From contig CAYTNY010000007.1 of assembly GCA_964439215.1 (NCBI GenBank), positions 1 to 24,163 on the forward strand: a stretch of DNA of 24,163 nucleotides, in the 5' to 3' direction. Both the position numbers and the translations under genes were made by a program. This document shows positions 1-9,461 of this stretch, in pieces (positions within the stretch are counted from its first letter, which is position 1; every line of letters begins with the position of its first letter). Under the pieces are notes generated by a model, which did no database searches, had not been told where the DNA came from, and saw only the letters and a program-made list of their open reading frames with translations. The stretch comes from an uncultured Spirochaetia bacterium (lineage in GTDB: Bacteria > Oederibacteriota > PGYV01 > CAYTNY01).

Positions 1-37
1 CGTCTCCACTTATAACTGGTTTTTCCTTTTGAATATG

Positions 38-46
38 TGTTATAAT
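38..46 (+). promoter_or_regulatory. Extended -10 promoter (TGtTATAAT) upstream of tmk
   Basis: The sequence tgt (38-40) followed by tataat (41-46) is a perfect extended -10. A TTGAAT hexamer at 29-34 lies only 6 nt upstream, so it is not a canonical -35. An RBS GGAG at 80-83 precedes the ATG at 89. Confidence 0.4.
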
Positions 47-88
47 AGTTTTCCGAACCGCGGTTAAAATAGATTTTCTGGAGTGGAA

Positions 89-709
89 ATGAGAGGAAAA
101 CTTATTGTTTTTGAAGGGCCGGAAGGGTGCGGAAAAACGACACAGGTGAGAAAAACCCTGTCTTTTTTAAGAAAAAAAGGGGTGAAAGCCGTTCATCTGC
201 GCGAGCCCGGAGGCAATGTCATATCAGAGAAGATAAGGGATATAATACTGGACCCGAAGCATAAAAAAATGTGCGCAAAGACAGAGATGCTTTTGTATGT
301 GGCGGCGCGGGCTCAGATCATAGAGGAAAAACTGATGAAACTTCTGAAAGAGGGGAAGGTTGTGCTTTTGGACAGGTTTTATCCGGCTACGGTTGTTTAT
401 CAGGGGTATGCCCGCGGGCTTGATAAAGGCATTATAGACACTCTTAACAGGTACGTGCTCGGCGGAATAAGGCCGGACGCGGTTATTGTCTATGATGTAT
501 CCCTGAAAGAAGCGAAAAAGAGAATGGCTGTAAGAAAAACAAGGGATCGTCTGGAAAGTGAAAATGACGTTTTTCATAAAAAGGTAAGAAAAGGCTATCT
601 GGCGGAAGCGAAAAAAAGAAAGTATAAGGTAATTGCAACGGACAGTAAAACTGCCGGCGGTGTATTTGACGAGACACGGGCATATCTGAAAAAAAGAAAG
701 GTTGTCTGA
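89..709 (+). CDS. tmk: Thymidylate (dTMP) kinase
   Basis: The N-terminus MRGKLIVFEGPEGCGKTTQ matches the Tmk P-loop and N-terminus (compare E. coli MRSKYIVIEGLEGAGKTT). A DRF/YP motif region is present. The ORF track starts at GTG 83, but ATG 89 with GGAG 5 nt upstream fits homolog length. Confidence 0.9.
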   Translation: MRGKLIVFEGPEGCGKTTQVRKTLSFLRKKGVKAVHLREPGGNVISEKIRDIILDPKHKKMCAKTEMLLYVAARAQIIEEKLMKLLKEGKVVLLDRFYPATVVYQGYARGLDKGIIDTLNRYVLGGIRPDAVIVYDVSLKEAKKRMAVRKTRDRLESENDVFHKKVRKGYLAEAKKRKYKVIATDSKTAGGVFDETRAYLKKRKVV

Positions 710-711
710 AA

Positions 712-1773
712 ATGGCTGTAAAAAATATTGCGGGAAATCCAAGGATGAAAACAGAGCTCTTGATACGGGCCGGCGGAGAAAAAACAGGAACGGCTTATAT
801 ATTCAGCGGTGCGGAAAATACGGGAAAAAGTTTCGCGGCGCTGCAGTTTGCGAAGATTTTGAACTGTCTGGATCCCGGAGATGGCGGGGACTGCTGCGAA
901 AAATGTGAAAACTGCGTCCTTCTTGAAAAAATATTTCACAGGCTTGACAGCGACGGGATGCAGACGATACCGCATCCGGATGCGCTTTACATAAATACAG
1001 ACAAGGCCCAGATCGTTATTGATATGGTGCTGGACAGGCTGTCGGAAATGAATTCATACAGGCCGGTAAAACTGAAGAAAAAGATAATAATGGTTAATGA
1101 TGCGGAGAAACTTAACAGTGTGGCCTCTAATGCAATATTAAAGGAGCTTGAAGAGCCCAATGAAAATGTGGTGATAATGCTCATTGTAAATAATATGGAA
1201 AAAATGCTTCCGACAATAGTTTCAAGATGCCATAAAATAAATGTAAAACGGGTTCCGCTGAAAGAAATCAAGAGCATACTTGAAACGGAATACGGATGGG
1301 ATCCTGAGAAAGCGTCCCGGGCCGTTATGTTCTGCGACGGGAAAATAGGCGCGGCTTTTGAATATGAAAAAATAAAAGAAAAAGTTGATTATGTGAAAGG
1401 TATTTTCAGCGTGATATCCGGAACCGCGGACGATGTGGAAGGCATCTTTGAAAAGATAGAGGAAATAGACGGGCTGAAAAAGGCGAAAAAAGGAAAAAAA
1501 GACGTAAATATAAGGCTCTTTTTGCTTGATATTTTAAAGATACTGTCATATATTTATAAAGATATTCTGCTGGAGAAACTTTCTGTAAAAAGGACTATTG
1601 AAGCAAAATACGGATTAAATCCTGCGCAGATAAAAAGCTATACGGAAAAACAGCTTGTAAAGATACTTGAACTGATTGAAGAAGCGCAGCGTGAAACTGC
1701 TGCCGCAAACATAAATCTGCTTGTTGCGGATTTGTTTTTTAATATACGAAAGGCGGGTTTATCGCGTGATTGA
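712..1773 (+). CDS. holB: DNA polymerase III delta-prime subunit
   Basis: It has an AAA+ P-loop-like motif (AYIFSGAENTGKSFAA), a Cys zinc module (C..CCEKCENC) and an SRC motif (TIVSRC). It sits immediately after tmk, as in Firmicutes. Confidence 0.85.
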   Translation: MAVKNIAGNPRMKTELLIRAGGEKTGTAYIFSGAENTGKSFAALQFAKILNCLDPGDGGDCCEKCENCVLLEKIFHRLDSDGMQTIPHPDALYINTDKAQIVIDMVLDRLSEMNSYRPVKLKKKIIMVNDAEKLNSVASNAILKELEEPNENVVIMLIVNNMEKMLPTIVSRCHKINVKRVPLKEIKSILETEYGWDPEKASRAVMFCDGKIGAAFEYEKIKEKVDYVKGIFSVISGTADDVEGIFEKIEEIDGLKKAKKGKKDVNIRLFLLDILKILSYIYKDILLEKLSVKRTIEAKYGLNPAQIKSYTEKQLVKILELIEEAQRETAAANINLLVADLFFNIRKAGLSRD

Positions 1774-2521
1774 AATTGTAGGTATAAAATTCAGGGAAGA
1801 TGACAGGATATATTATTATAATCCGTGTAAAATGCATCTTGAAAAAGGAGAAAAGTGCCTTGTTGAAACAAGCGGCGGCTCCATGGAAGCTGATGTGGCT
1901 CTTGCTAATTTCTATATGGAGCCGGATAAACTTTACGCGCCGGTCAGAAGAGTGCTTAAATATCTCACGGATAAACAGGAGCTCTTTGAACAAAAGAAAA
2001 AGCGCATGGAGGATAAGGCGCGGGAGTTCTGCGGACGGAGGATCAGCGCGAGAAAAATGCCCATGCGGCTGGTGGATGTGCAGTATACCGATGACCTGAA
2101 AAAAGTCGTGTTTTATTTTGTGGCGGAAAACAGAGTGGATTTCAGGGAGCTTTTAAAGGACCTCGTAAAAACACTGAGGGTGAAAATAGAATTAAGACAG
2201 ATATCGCGCAGGGAGTACGCCAAAAAGATAGGCGGAGTGGGCATATGCGGGAGAATCGTATGCTGTAAAAATCATCTGAGTTCGTTTCATCCCATAACGA
2301 TTAAAATGGCAAAGAATCAGGGCCTGCCCCTTAATCCATCCAAAATATCGGGCGTATGCGGAAGGCTGCTGTGCTGTCTGGCTTATGAAAAATATGAAGC
2401 GCCTGTAAGGCCCATAATAGTGCAGTATGATGATACGCCGGAGGATATAAACTCAATGATAGACGACGGGGCCGAAGTTGACGTAAACTGGGGCGCGGAT
2501 GAAGGCGGAAAAAATGGGTAA
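1766..2521 (+). CDS. ricT: PSP1 domain protein (YaaT/RicT-like, stage 0 sporulation protein homolog)
   Basis: The N-terminus IEIVGIKFRE aligns with B. subtilis YaaT (YDVIGVRFKK). The C-terminal Cys-rich PSP1 motifs (GICGRIVCC, GVCGRLLCCLAYE) are present. The likely start is GTG 1766, overlapping the holB stop; the ORF track gives an in-frame ATG at 1721. Confidence 0.8.
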   Translation: MIEIVGIKFREDDRIYYYNPCKMHLEKGEKCLVETSGGSMEADVALANFYMEPDKLYAPVRRVLKYLTDKQELFEQKKKRMEDKAREFCGRRISARKMPMRLVDVQYTDDLKKVVFYFVAENRVDFRELLKDLVKTLRVKIELRQISRREYAKKIGGVGICGRIVCCKNHLSSFHPITIKMAKNQGLPLNPSKISGVCGRLLCCLAYEKYEAPVRPIIVQYDDTPEDINSMIDDGAEVDVNWGADEGGKNG

Positions 2522-4055
2522 ATATTATATTACAACCGCGATCGTATACGCCAACGGCATGCCTCATATAGGGCATGCTTATGAACTTGTCACAACGGAT
2601 ATTCCCGCCAGGTTTCAGAGAATGAAAGGCAATGACGTGTTCTTTTCCACGGGCTCTGATGAACACAGTCTTAATGTTTTAAAGGAAGCGCGCAGCCGGG
2701 GGAAAGATCCCGGGGTTTACTGTGATGAAATGGCGGAGATTTATAAGTCACTGTGGAAAAAATACAATATAAGCAATGATGATTATATCAGGACAACGGA
2801 GGAAAGGCATAAAAAAGCGGTAAAAGAAATTTTTAAAAGGTCTTTTGACAGCGGCGATATATATAAAGGATATTATGAAGGGTGGTACTGCAACGCCTGT
2901 GAGTCTTATTACTCGGAATCGGATCTGGATGAAGAACTGAACTGTCCTGTTCACCGTATTAAACCGGAAAAACTGAAAGAAGAAAATTATTTTATGAAAC
3001 TTTCAAAATACAGCGGCCGTTTACAGGAGCATATACTGAAAAATCCGGATTTTATACAGCCTGAAACGAGAAAAAATGAGATTCTCGGAATATTGAAAGA
3101 AGGGCTCAGGGATGTAAGCATATCAAGGCCGGGCCGCGACTGGGGGATAAAACTGCCGGTTGACGAATCGCAGACCGTTTATGTATGGTTTGACGCGCTG
3201 ATAAACTATATATCAGTACTGGGTTTTGAAGACGGTTCGGGAGAAGGTTTTAAAAAATACTGGCCCGCGGATGTTCATATAATAGGAAAAGACATTATAA
3301 AATTTCACTGCATCATATGGCCGATAATGTTAATGTCTGCAGGCATAGAACTTCCGAAGAAAGTATTCGGACACGGATTTCTTCTTAATAAAGGCGAAAA
3401 AATGTCAAAGACAAGAGGAAATATCGTGGACCCGGATAATATAGCCGATGTTTTCGGAGTGGATGTAATACGCTACTTTTTTGCGTCAAATATTACCAAT
3501 GGCGTGGACGGCGATTTCTCGGAAGGCGCCATAATAAAAAGATACAATTCGGACCTGGCAAATGATCTGGGGAACCTGATAAACCGTTCTCTGAATATGG
3601 TGGAAAAGTATTTTGACGGGAAAGCACCCGCTTACAGCGAAGAAGCCGCGGATGATGCGATAAAGAATGCGGCGGATAAGGCGGATACACTGTGGGAAAG
3701 GTTTGAACCGAAAATGGAAGCCCTGGACTTTTCCGGAGCGCTTGCGGAGGCGTGGGGATGCATAGGCGCCGCCAATAAACTTATAGAAACAGAAATGCCG
3801 TGGAATCTTGCGAAAGAAGGAAATACCGGAAAACTCGGCAGTCTTATGTATGTGCTTATTGAAATAATAAGAATTGTTTCTGTTGCCGCGGCGCCGGTGA
3901 TGCCGGAAACCGCTCCGAAAATATGGAAAAAAATCGGTGTTGAATATGATCTGCGGACAATACGCATGGACGCGGAAATGAAGTTCGGAAAAATACCGGA
4001 AGGGACCCCTGTTTCAAAAGGAGATCCGCTTTTTCCCAGAATAAAGGACGAATAA
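2514..4055 (+). CDS. metG: Methionyl-tRNA synthetase (short, Thermus-like type without C-terminal tRNA-binding domain)
   Basis: The HIGH motif (PHIGHAY), the KMSKS motif (KMSKTRGN) and the TTEERHKKAV block shared with T. thermophilus MetRS are present. Start ATG 2514 (MGKYYITT) has GAAGG upstream; ORF-track ATG 2499 is an alternative. Confidence 0.9.
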   Translation: MGKYYITTAIVYANGMPHIGHAYELVTTDIPARFQRMKGNDVFFSTGSDEHSLNVLKEARSRGKDPGVYCDEMAEIYKSLWKKYNISNDDYIRTTEERHKKAVKEIFKRSFDSGDIYKGYYEGWYCNACESYYSESDLDEELNCPVHRIKPEKLKEENYFMKLSKYSGRLQEHILKNPDFIQPETRKNEILGILKEGLRDVSISRPGRDWGIKLPVDESQTVYVWFDALINYISVLGFEDGSGEGFKKYWPADVHIIGKDIIKFHCIIWPIMLMSAGIELPKKVFGHGFLLNKGEKMSKTRGNIVDPDNIADVFGVDVIRYFFASNITNGVDGDFSEGAIIKRYNSDLANDLGNLINRSLNMVEKYFDGKAPAYSEEAADDAIKNAADKADTLWERFEPKMEALDFSGALAEAWGCIGAANKLIETEMPWNLAKEGNTGKLGSLMYVLIEIIRIVSVAAAPVMPETAPKIWKKIGVEYDLRTIRMDAEMKFGKIPEGTPVSKGDPLFPRIKDE

Positions 4056-4079
4056 AAATGACGAAAGAGGGAATGGATA

Positions 4080-4838
4080 TTGATAGTTGAAACCCATATA
4101 CATATATGCGACCCGAAGTATGACAATGACCGGTATGAAATGCTTGAACGAGCAGGAAATGCAGGCGTAAAAAAATTTATAAATATAGGGGCCGAACTGC
4201 CTGAGTGCCGTAAAGTTGTTGAAACAAAAGAAGAAGGGATATACAATGCTATAGGACTTCATCCGCATTATATAGATTCTTTTGACGAAAGTGTTATGGA
4301 AGAATTTAAGCGGTATTTCAGCGAGGGGCGGAAGCTTGTTGCGGTCGGGGAAATAGGACTTGATTTTTATAAAAGCACAGTATCGCCTGAAGTTCAGAAA
4401 AAAGGGTTCCGCAGATTTATGGATCTTGCGGCGGAACTGGAACTGCCTGTTATCATACACAGCAGAGAGGCCCACGAAGAGGTTTATTCTGTGCTTAAAG
4501 AATACAACCTGAAAAAAAAAGGTATAATTCATTGTTTTACGGGCGGCGTTAAAACAGCGGAGTTTTTTATAGGGCTCGGATATGTGATAGGAGTCGGCGG
4601 TGTTGTGACTTTTCCGAACGCAGGCCCCCTGAGAGAGACAGTTAAAGAAATACCGCTTGAACATATGGTTCTGGAAACAGATGCTCCCTGGCTTGCTCCG
4701 CAGGCTGTCAGGGGCGGGAGAAATGAGGCGGCTTATATAACTTATACGGCCCGGGAAATAGCGCGGCTGAAACAGACAGCTGTTGAGACAGTTGAAAAAA
4801 CAACGACCGAAAATGCGGAAGCACTGTTCGGAATATAA
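4080..4838 (+). CDS. tatD: TatD-family metal-dependent DNase/hydrolase (YabD-like)
   Basis: The N-terminal HxH motif (ETHIHI), internal GEIGLD, and HSREA.. and HCF.G motifs typical of TatD are present. It starts at TTG, and follows metG as in Firmicutes. Confidence 0.85.
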   Translation: MIVETHIHICDPKYDNDRYEMLERAGNAGVKKFINIGAELPECRKVVETKEEGIYNAIGLHPHYIDSFDESVMEEFKRYFSEGRKLVAVGEIGLDFYKSTVSPEVQKKGFRRFMDLAAELELPVIIHSREAHEEVYSVLKEYNLKKKGIIHCFTGGVKTAEFFIGLGYVIGVGGVVTFPNAGPLRETVKEIPLEHMVLETDAPWLAPQAVRGGRNEAAYITYTAREIARLKQTAVETVEKTTTENAEALFGI

Positions 4839-4848
4839 GGGTGGTTTT

Positions 4849-5862
4849 ATGCTTAAAAAATTTATAAAAACGGCATCGGAAGGCAATGATCTTTCCGTGG
4901 AAAAAATGAAGGAAGCAATGAATATGATTATGACGGGGCAGAGCAATGATGCTCAGATCGCGGCTTTTTTGACGGCTTTGCGGATGAAAGGCGAAAGCGT
5001 TGACGAAATATATGCCGCGGCAAAAGTGATGAGGGACAGAGGGCATAAAGTTGAATTTGAAAAGGAGATAATACTTGATACCTGCGGAACAGGCGGGGAC
5101 GGAGCAAAAACGTTTAATATATCAACCGGCGTTTCTATTGTAGCGGCTGCCGCCGGAATATGCGTGGCAAAACACGGGAACAGAGCGCTCACTTCAAGAA
5201 GCGGAAGCGCGGATGTTTTTGCGGCGCTTGGTGTTAATATAGAAATGACGCCCGAAGAAATGAAATTATGCGTGCAAAAAGCCGGAATAGCGTTTCTTTT
5301 TGCGCCGGGATGCCACAAGGCGATGAAATATGCCATGAATGTGAGAAAAGAAATAGGCATAAGGACCATTTTCAATCTGCTCGGGCCTTTAGCCAATCCC
5401 GCGCGCAATACCCATCATTTAATGGGGGTGTTTGACGAGGAGCTGACAGAGAAAGCGGCGGGGGTTCTGAAAAAAATGGGAAATGTGCATTCGCTTGTTG
5501 TGTGCGGAGAGGGAAATGTTGACGAAGCGGTTCTTTCCGGATATACAAAGATATCAGAACTGAAGGACGGCGAAATAATGACATATAGAATTAAACCCGA
5601 AGAATTCGGCATTGCGGTATCTTCGCTGGAAGCGATCGCGGGCGGCAGCCCTGAGGAAAATGCGGAAATAATCACAGAAATATTTTCCGGGCAGAGAAAA
5701 GACGCTTATTATGACGCGCTTGTTTTCAACGGCGGAATAGCATTATATACGGCGGATGCGGCCGCTGATATAAAAGAAGGAATAAGAGCCGCAAAGGATA
5801 TAATTGATTCAGGAAAGGCGGCGCTGAAAATGAATGAATTTGTGGAGTGTTCAAACAAATAA
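4849..5862 (+). CDS. trpD: Anthranilate phosphoribosyltransferase
   Basis: The motif QIAAFLTALRMKGES, the glycine-rich TCGTGGDG and the KHGNRA motif are present. Start ATG 4849 has GGGTGG upstream. The ORF-track start 4783 overlaps tatD and is unlikely. Confidence 0.9.
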   Translation: MLKKFIKTASEGNDLSVEKMKEAMNMIMTGQSNDAQIAAFLTALRMKGESVDEIYAAAKVMRDRGHKVEFEKEIILDTCGTGGDGAKTFNISTGVSIVAAAAGICVAKHGNRALTSRSGSADVFAALGVNIEMTPEEMKLCVQKAGIAFLFAPGCHKAMKYAMNVRKEIGIRTIFNLLGPLANPARNTHHLMGVFDEELTEKAAGVLKKMGNVHSLVVCGEGNVDEAVLSGYTKISELKDGEIMTYRIKPEEFGIAVSSLEAIAGGSPEENAEIITEIFSGQRKDAYYDALVFNGGIALYTADAAADIKEGIRAAKDIIDSGKAALKMNEFVECSNK

Positions 5863-5933
5863 CATCCGGAAAAAGAAAGCCGGCGGAAAAGACGTTTTAT
5901 TAAAAAGCCTTAAAACGGCTCAAGGAGGAAGAG

Positions 5934-6740
5934 ATGGCGGCAGGAATACTTTCGAAAATACTGAAAAATAAGAAAAAAGAAGTTGAAGCGGCTAAGGGAA
6001 AAATGCCGGTGGAGGCGCTGCTCAAAGAAATAATGAAAGCTCCGGCAAACAGGAATTTCAGGGATCTGCTTGAATACAGCGGATTTACCATAATAGGGGA
6101 GATTAAAAAGAAAACACCGTCAAAGGGAGTGCTGAAAAAGACGGTGGATGTAAAGAAAACGGCAAAAATATACGCAAAGGCAGGGATCGGAGCGGTTTCG
6201 GTCGTTACAGACAAGAAATTTTTTGACGGAGACCTGGAATATATAAAGGAAGTTAAAAGAAGCGCTTCAATGCCTGTTTTAAGAAAAGACTTTATAATAG
6301 ATGAATATCAGATACTGGAGTCAAGGTATGCCAGAGCGGATGCGGTTCTCCTGATAGCGTCCGCCATAGAAAAACGCCAGCTCAACAGTTTTGTGAAAAA
6401 GATCCGCTCGCTCAATATGACCCCCGTGGTCGAGTGCGCCACAAAAGAAGAAATAAAAAAAGCATGCAGTATAGGCGTGGACATTATAGGAATAAATACA
6501 AGAGATCTTAAAACATTTAAAATAAACAACAACAGGCTGAAAAATCTGATCAAATATGTTCCCAAAGACAAGATGGTGATTGTTGAAAGCGGGATAATGA
6601 AGCCTGAAGATGTTGATAATGTCATGATCTCGCCTCTTATAAAAGGAGTTTTGATAGGCACTATGTTCATGAAGGCGAAAGGCGAAAAGCAGATAAAAGA
6701 TATGGCTGAAGACATACTTTATAAACACGGAAGAAAATAA
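5934..6740 (+). CDS. trpC: Indole-3-glycerol phosphate synthase
   Basis: The LRKDFIIDEYQI and ADAVLLIA motifs are present. A perfect RBS (aaggagga) lies 6 nt upstream of the ATG. Confidence 0.9.
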   Translation: MAAGILSKILKNKKKEVEAAKGKMPVEALLKEIMKAPANRNFRDLLEYSGFTIIGEIKKKTPSKGVLKKTVDVKKTAKIYAKAGIGAVSVVTDKKFFDGDLEYIKEVKRSASMPVLRKDFIIDEYQILESRYARADAVLLIASAIEKRQLNSFVKKIRSLNMTPVVECATKEEIKKACSIGVDIIGINTRDLKTFKINNNRLKNLIKYVPKDKMVIVESGIMKPEDVDNVMISPLIKGVLIGTMFMKAKGEKQIKDMAEDILYKHGRK

Positions 6741-6742
6741 AA

Positions 6743-7378
6743 ATGAAACTGAAAGTGAAGATCTGCGGTATTACAAATCCTGCGGATGCTGTTTTGGCGG
6801 AAAAGTACGGAGCAGATCTGATCGGGATGGTTTTCTCCCGAAGCCCGAGAAAAATAAATACAGCGGCAGCAAAGAAAATAATTTCGGTTTTATCGCCTTT
6901 TACAATGAAGGCCGGTGTTTTTGTCAATGAATCTCCGGTGAAAGTAATTGCCGCCGCAGAACGGGCCCGGCTTGATGTTATTCAGCTTCACGGGGAGGAG
7001 GAACCGGAATATATAAGGACAATAAAAAACTCCGGCCTGAATGTTAAAATAATAAAAGCAGTAAGGGTCAAAGACAGGCAGGCCGCAGCCGGAGCCCTGG
7101 AAAAATACAGAACAACGGCAGATGCTTTTTTGTTTGACGCTTATGACCCGGTATTGAAAGGCGGTACGGGAAAAACGTTTGACCCGGGATTTGTGAAAGG
7201 TCCGGCGGCATACGGATTTGTTGCGGGCGGAATAACTCCGGAGAATGTATGCGGAATAATAAAGGAAACAGATCCCATGGGAATAGACGTGTCAAGCGGA
7301 GTTGAAAAAGAAAAAGGAAAAAAATCAGAGGTTAAAATAAAAAGGCTTTTTGAGAAGATCAGAACCTGCGGGAAGTAA
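6743..7378 (+). CDS. trpF: Phosphoribosylanthranilate isomerase
   Basis: The N-terminus [11 protein letters not shown] and a C-terminal GGTGKTFDW-like motif ([11 protein letters not shown]) are present. Confidence 0.85.
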   Translation: MKLKVKICGITNPADAVLAEKYGADLIGMVFSRSPRKINTAAAKKIISVLSPFTMKAGVFVNESPVKVIAAAERARLDVIQLHGEEEPEYIRTIKNSGLNVKIIKAVRVKDRQAAAGALEKYRTTADAFLFDAYDPVLKGGTGKTFDPGFVKGPAAYGFVAGGITPENVCGIIKETDPMGIDVSSGVEKEKGKKSEVKIKRLFEKIRTCGK

Positions 7379-7398
7379 ACATTAAAAGAGGGATGCAT

Positions 7399-8646
7399 AT
7401 GCCTGAGAAAAAAAGAAAAAAAACGGAGAAAAAATACAGAGCGCCGGATACCCGGGGTTTTTTCGGGGAATATGGAGGAAAATTTGCGCCCGAAACGCTC
7501 AGAGCAATCATAGATGACCTGGAAAAGGATTATATGCGCGCGAAAAATGATCCTGCATTCAAAAAAGAACTGGATTATTATCTTCATAATTATGTCGGAC
7601 GGCCCACGCCTCTGTATTACGCGGAAAAACTCTCAAAAATCATTGGGGCCGGAATATATCTTAAACGGGAGGATCTTAATCATACAGGCGCGCATAAGAT
7701 AAACAATACGATGGGGCAGGTTCTTCTGGCTAAAAGGCTGGGTAAAAAAAGAATAATAGCGGAAACCGGTGCGGGGCAGCATGGTGTGGCAACCGCGACA
7801 GTGGCGGCTATGTTCGGTCTGAAATGCGAAGTTTATATGGGGGAAGAGGATATTAAACGCCAGGAGCTCAATGTTTTCCGCATGAAACTGCTCGGCGCGG
7901 ATGTGATACCGGTGTCCGGCGGGACAAAAACATTAAAAGACGCTATGAGCGAGGCGGTAAGGGACTGGCTGAAAAATGTGAACGATACTTTCTATATTAT
8001 CGGTTCGGTGGCCGGTTTTCATCCGTATCCCATGATCGTAAGGGACATGCAGACAGTTATAGGAAAAGAAGCAAAAAAACAGATATTAAAAGCCGAGAAA
8101 AGACTTCCCGACCATCTTGTCGCCTGTGTGGGCGGAGGATCAAACGCAATGGGGCTGTTTTATCCTTTTGTGAATGATAAAAGCGTTAAAATGACCGGTG
8201 TCGAAGCGGCGGGGGCGGGCATAGGATCCGGCCGGCACTGCGCAACACTGACCAAAGGATCCGTAGGCGTGTTTCATGGATCAAAGTCCTATGTTCTTCA
8301 GGATATGAACGGGCAGATAAAAGAAACGCATTCGATATCAGCAGGGCTTGATTATCCGGGTGTAGGTCCTGAACACAGTTTTTTTAAAGAAATAAAACGG
8401 GCGCAGTATGTCAGCGTTACTGATAAAGAAGCGCTTGCCGGTTTTAAGCTTCTTTCCCGTTCGGAGGGAATTATACCCGCTCTTGAATCCGCGCATGCGG
8501 CGGCGTTTCTGGAAAAAATGAAACTTAAGAAAAAGGATATAGTGATATTGAATGTGTCGGGCAGAGGGGACAAGGATATAAATACGGTTTACGGAATATT
8601 TGAAAAAGATATTAAAAAAACGAAAAAAAGGAACAGACACAAATGA
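7399..8646 (+). CDS. trpB: Tryptophan synthase beta subunit
   Basis: The PLP-lysine motif [20 protein letters not shown] and GGGSNAMG are present. ATG 7399 has AAGAGG 7 nt upstream; the ORF-track ATG 7393 has too short a spacer. Confidence 0.92.
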   Translation: MPEKKRKKTEKKYRAPDTRGFFGEYGGKFAPETLRAIIDDLEKDYMRAKNDPAFKKELDYYLHNYVGRPTPLYYAEKLSKIIGAGIYLKREDLNHTGAHKINNTMGQVLLAKRLGKKRIIAETGAGQHGVATATVAAMFGLKCEVYMGEEDIKRQELNVFRMKLLGADVIPVSGGTKTLKDAMSEAVRDWLKNVNDTFYIIGSVAGFHPYPMIVRDMQTVIGKEAKKQILKAEKRLPDHLVACVGGGSNAMGLFYPFVNDKSVKMTGVEAAGAGIGSGRHCATLTKGSVGVFHGSKSYVLQDMNGQIKETHSISAGLDYPGVGPEHSFFKEIKRAQYVSVTDKEALAGFKLLSRSEGIIPALESAHAAAFLEKMKLKKKDIVILNVSGRGDKDINTVYGIFEKDIKKTKKRNRHK

Positions 8647-9461
8647 AAAAAGGTTTAAAAGAGAAAAGCAGCGGCAGAATGGATGCTCTGAAAAAAGGCA
8701 GGCATCTGGCGGTTTATCTTATGGCGGGAGACGGATGCCTGGATACAACCGAAAGAACGGTGTGTGCACTGGCCCGCGAAGGTGTGTCTGTTGTGGAGCT
8801 GGGGCTGCCCTTTTCGGATCCGCTTGCGGACGGACCGGTTATCCAGAGAGCTTCGGAAAGAGCGCTGAAAAACGGAGTGAATCTGAGAAAAATCCTGGCG
8901 GCAGTGAGAAGGATCAGAAAAAGATCGGATGTTCCTATGGTTGTTATGACCTATTATAATATTATTTATTCATACGGGGTAAAAGAATTTATTGATGACG
9001 CGGCGGCCGCGGGTATTGACGGGGCAATAATTCCGGATCTGCCGTTTGATGAGGAAAAGGTATATTATGATTATGCCGCGAAAAAAAATTTTCATACTAT
9101 TTTACTGGCAGCGCCTTCAAATACTCCCGCCAGAGCGGCTAAGATAGCGGAAAAGTCAAAAGGGTTCGTGTATTATATACTGGTGAAAGGGGTAACCGGA
9201 GCAAGGGTAAAGAGCGAGGCTGATTTCGGAAGGCTTTCTGCAATAAAAAGACAGGCAAAAGTTCCTGTTTTTGCGGGATTCGGCATATCAACGCCCCGCC
9301 AGGCAGGGGAAGTTCTTAAAAAGGCGGACGGAATAATAATAGGAAGCGCGTTTGTGAAACTGTTTGAGAAACATCAAAAAAACAAAAAGAAGATTGAGAG
9401 TGCGGCGGTTGAGTTTATAAGGCCGTTTGTAAGAGAATTGCGCAGGAGCGCCGGGAAATGA
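8643..9461 (+). CDS. trpA: Tryptophan synthase alpha subunit
   Basis: The motif [17 protein letters not shown] and a GFGIS motif are present. The start overlaps the trpB stop in an ATGA arrangement. Confidence 0.9.
   Translation: MKKGLKEKSSGRMDALKKGRHLAVYLMAGDGCLDTTERTVCALAREGVSVVELGLPFSDPLADGPVIQRASERALKNGVNLRKILAAVRRIRKRSDVPMVVMTYYNIIYSYGVKEFIDDAAAAGIDGAIIPDLPFDEEKVYYDYAAKKNFHTILLAAPSNTPARAAKIAEKSKGFVYYILVKGVTGARVKSEADFGRLSAIKRQAKVPVFAGFGISTPRQAGEVLKKADGIIIGSAFVKLFEKHQKNKKKIESAAVEFIRPFVRELRRSAGK

Noticed and set aside
702-908. The 68-aa plus-strand ORF overlapping the holB start in another frame
   Set aside because: It is out of frame with the well-supported holB. It has no RBS and its basic low-complexity translation is typical of an alternate frame of A-rich coding sequence.
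595-975. Many long antisense or overlapping ORFs, including 224..742(-), 595..975(-), 3632..4246(-), 4014..4946(-), 14303..14881(-), 15635..16261(-) and 23388..23945(-)
   Set aside because: Each lies entirely inside a plus-strand gene that carries unambiguous family motifs. Their translations are low-complexity and F/S/I/L-rich, as expected from reading the complement of Lys/Glu-rich AT-rich coding DNA. No RBS or family signal supports them.
4507-4516. Homopolymeric A/T tracts of 8-10 nt, for example 4507-4516 in tatD, 11071-11082 at the HD-GYP 3' end, 12085-12093 at the folC 5' end and 11132-11140 in the accD promoter spacer, as possible phase-variation sites
   Set aside because: In an AT-rich, Lys-rich genome, AAA AAA runs are expected by composition. 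None sits at a position that would obviously switch an accessory gene. There is no evidence of slippage from a single sequence.
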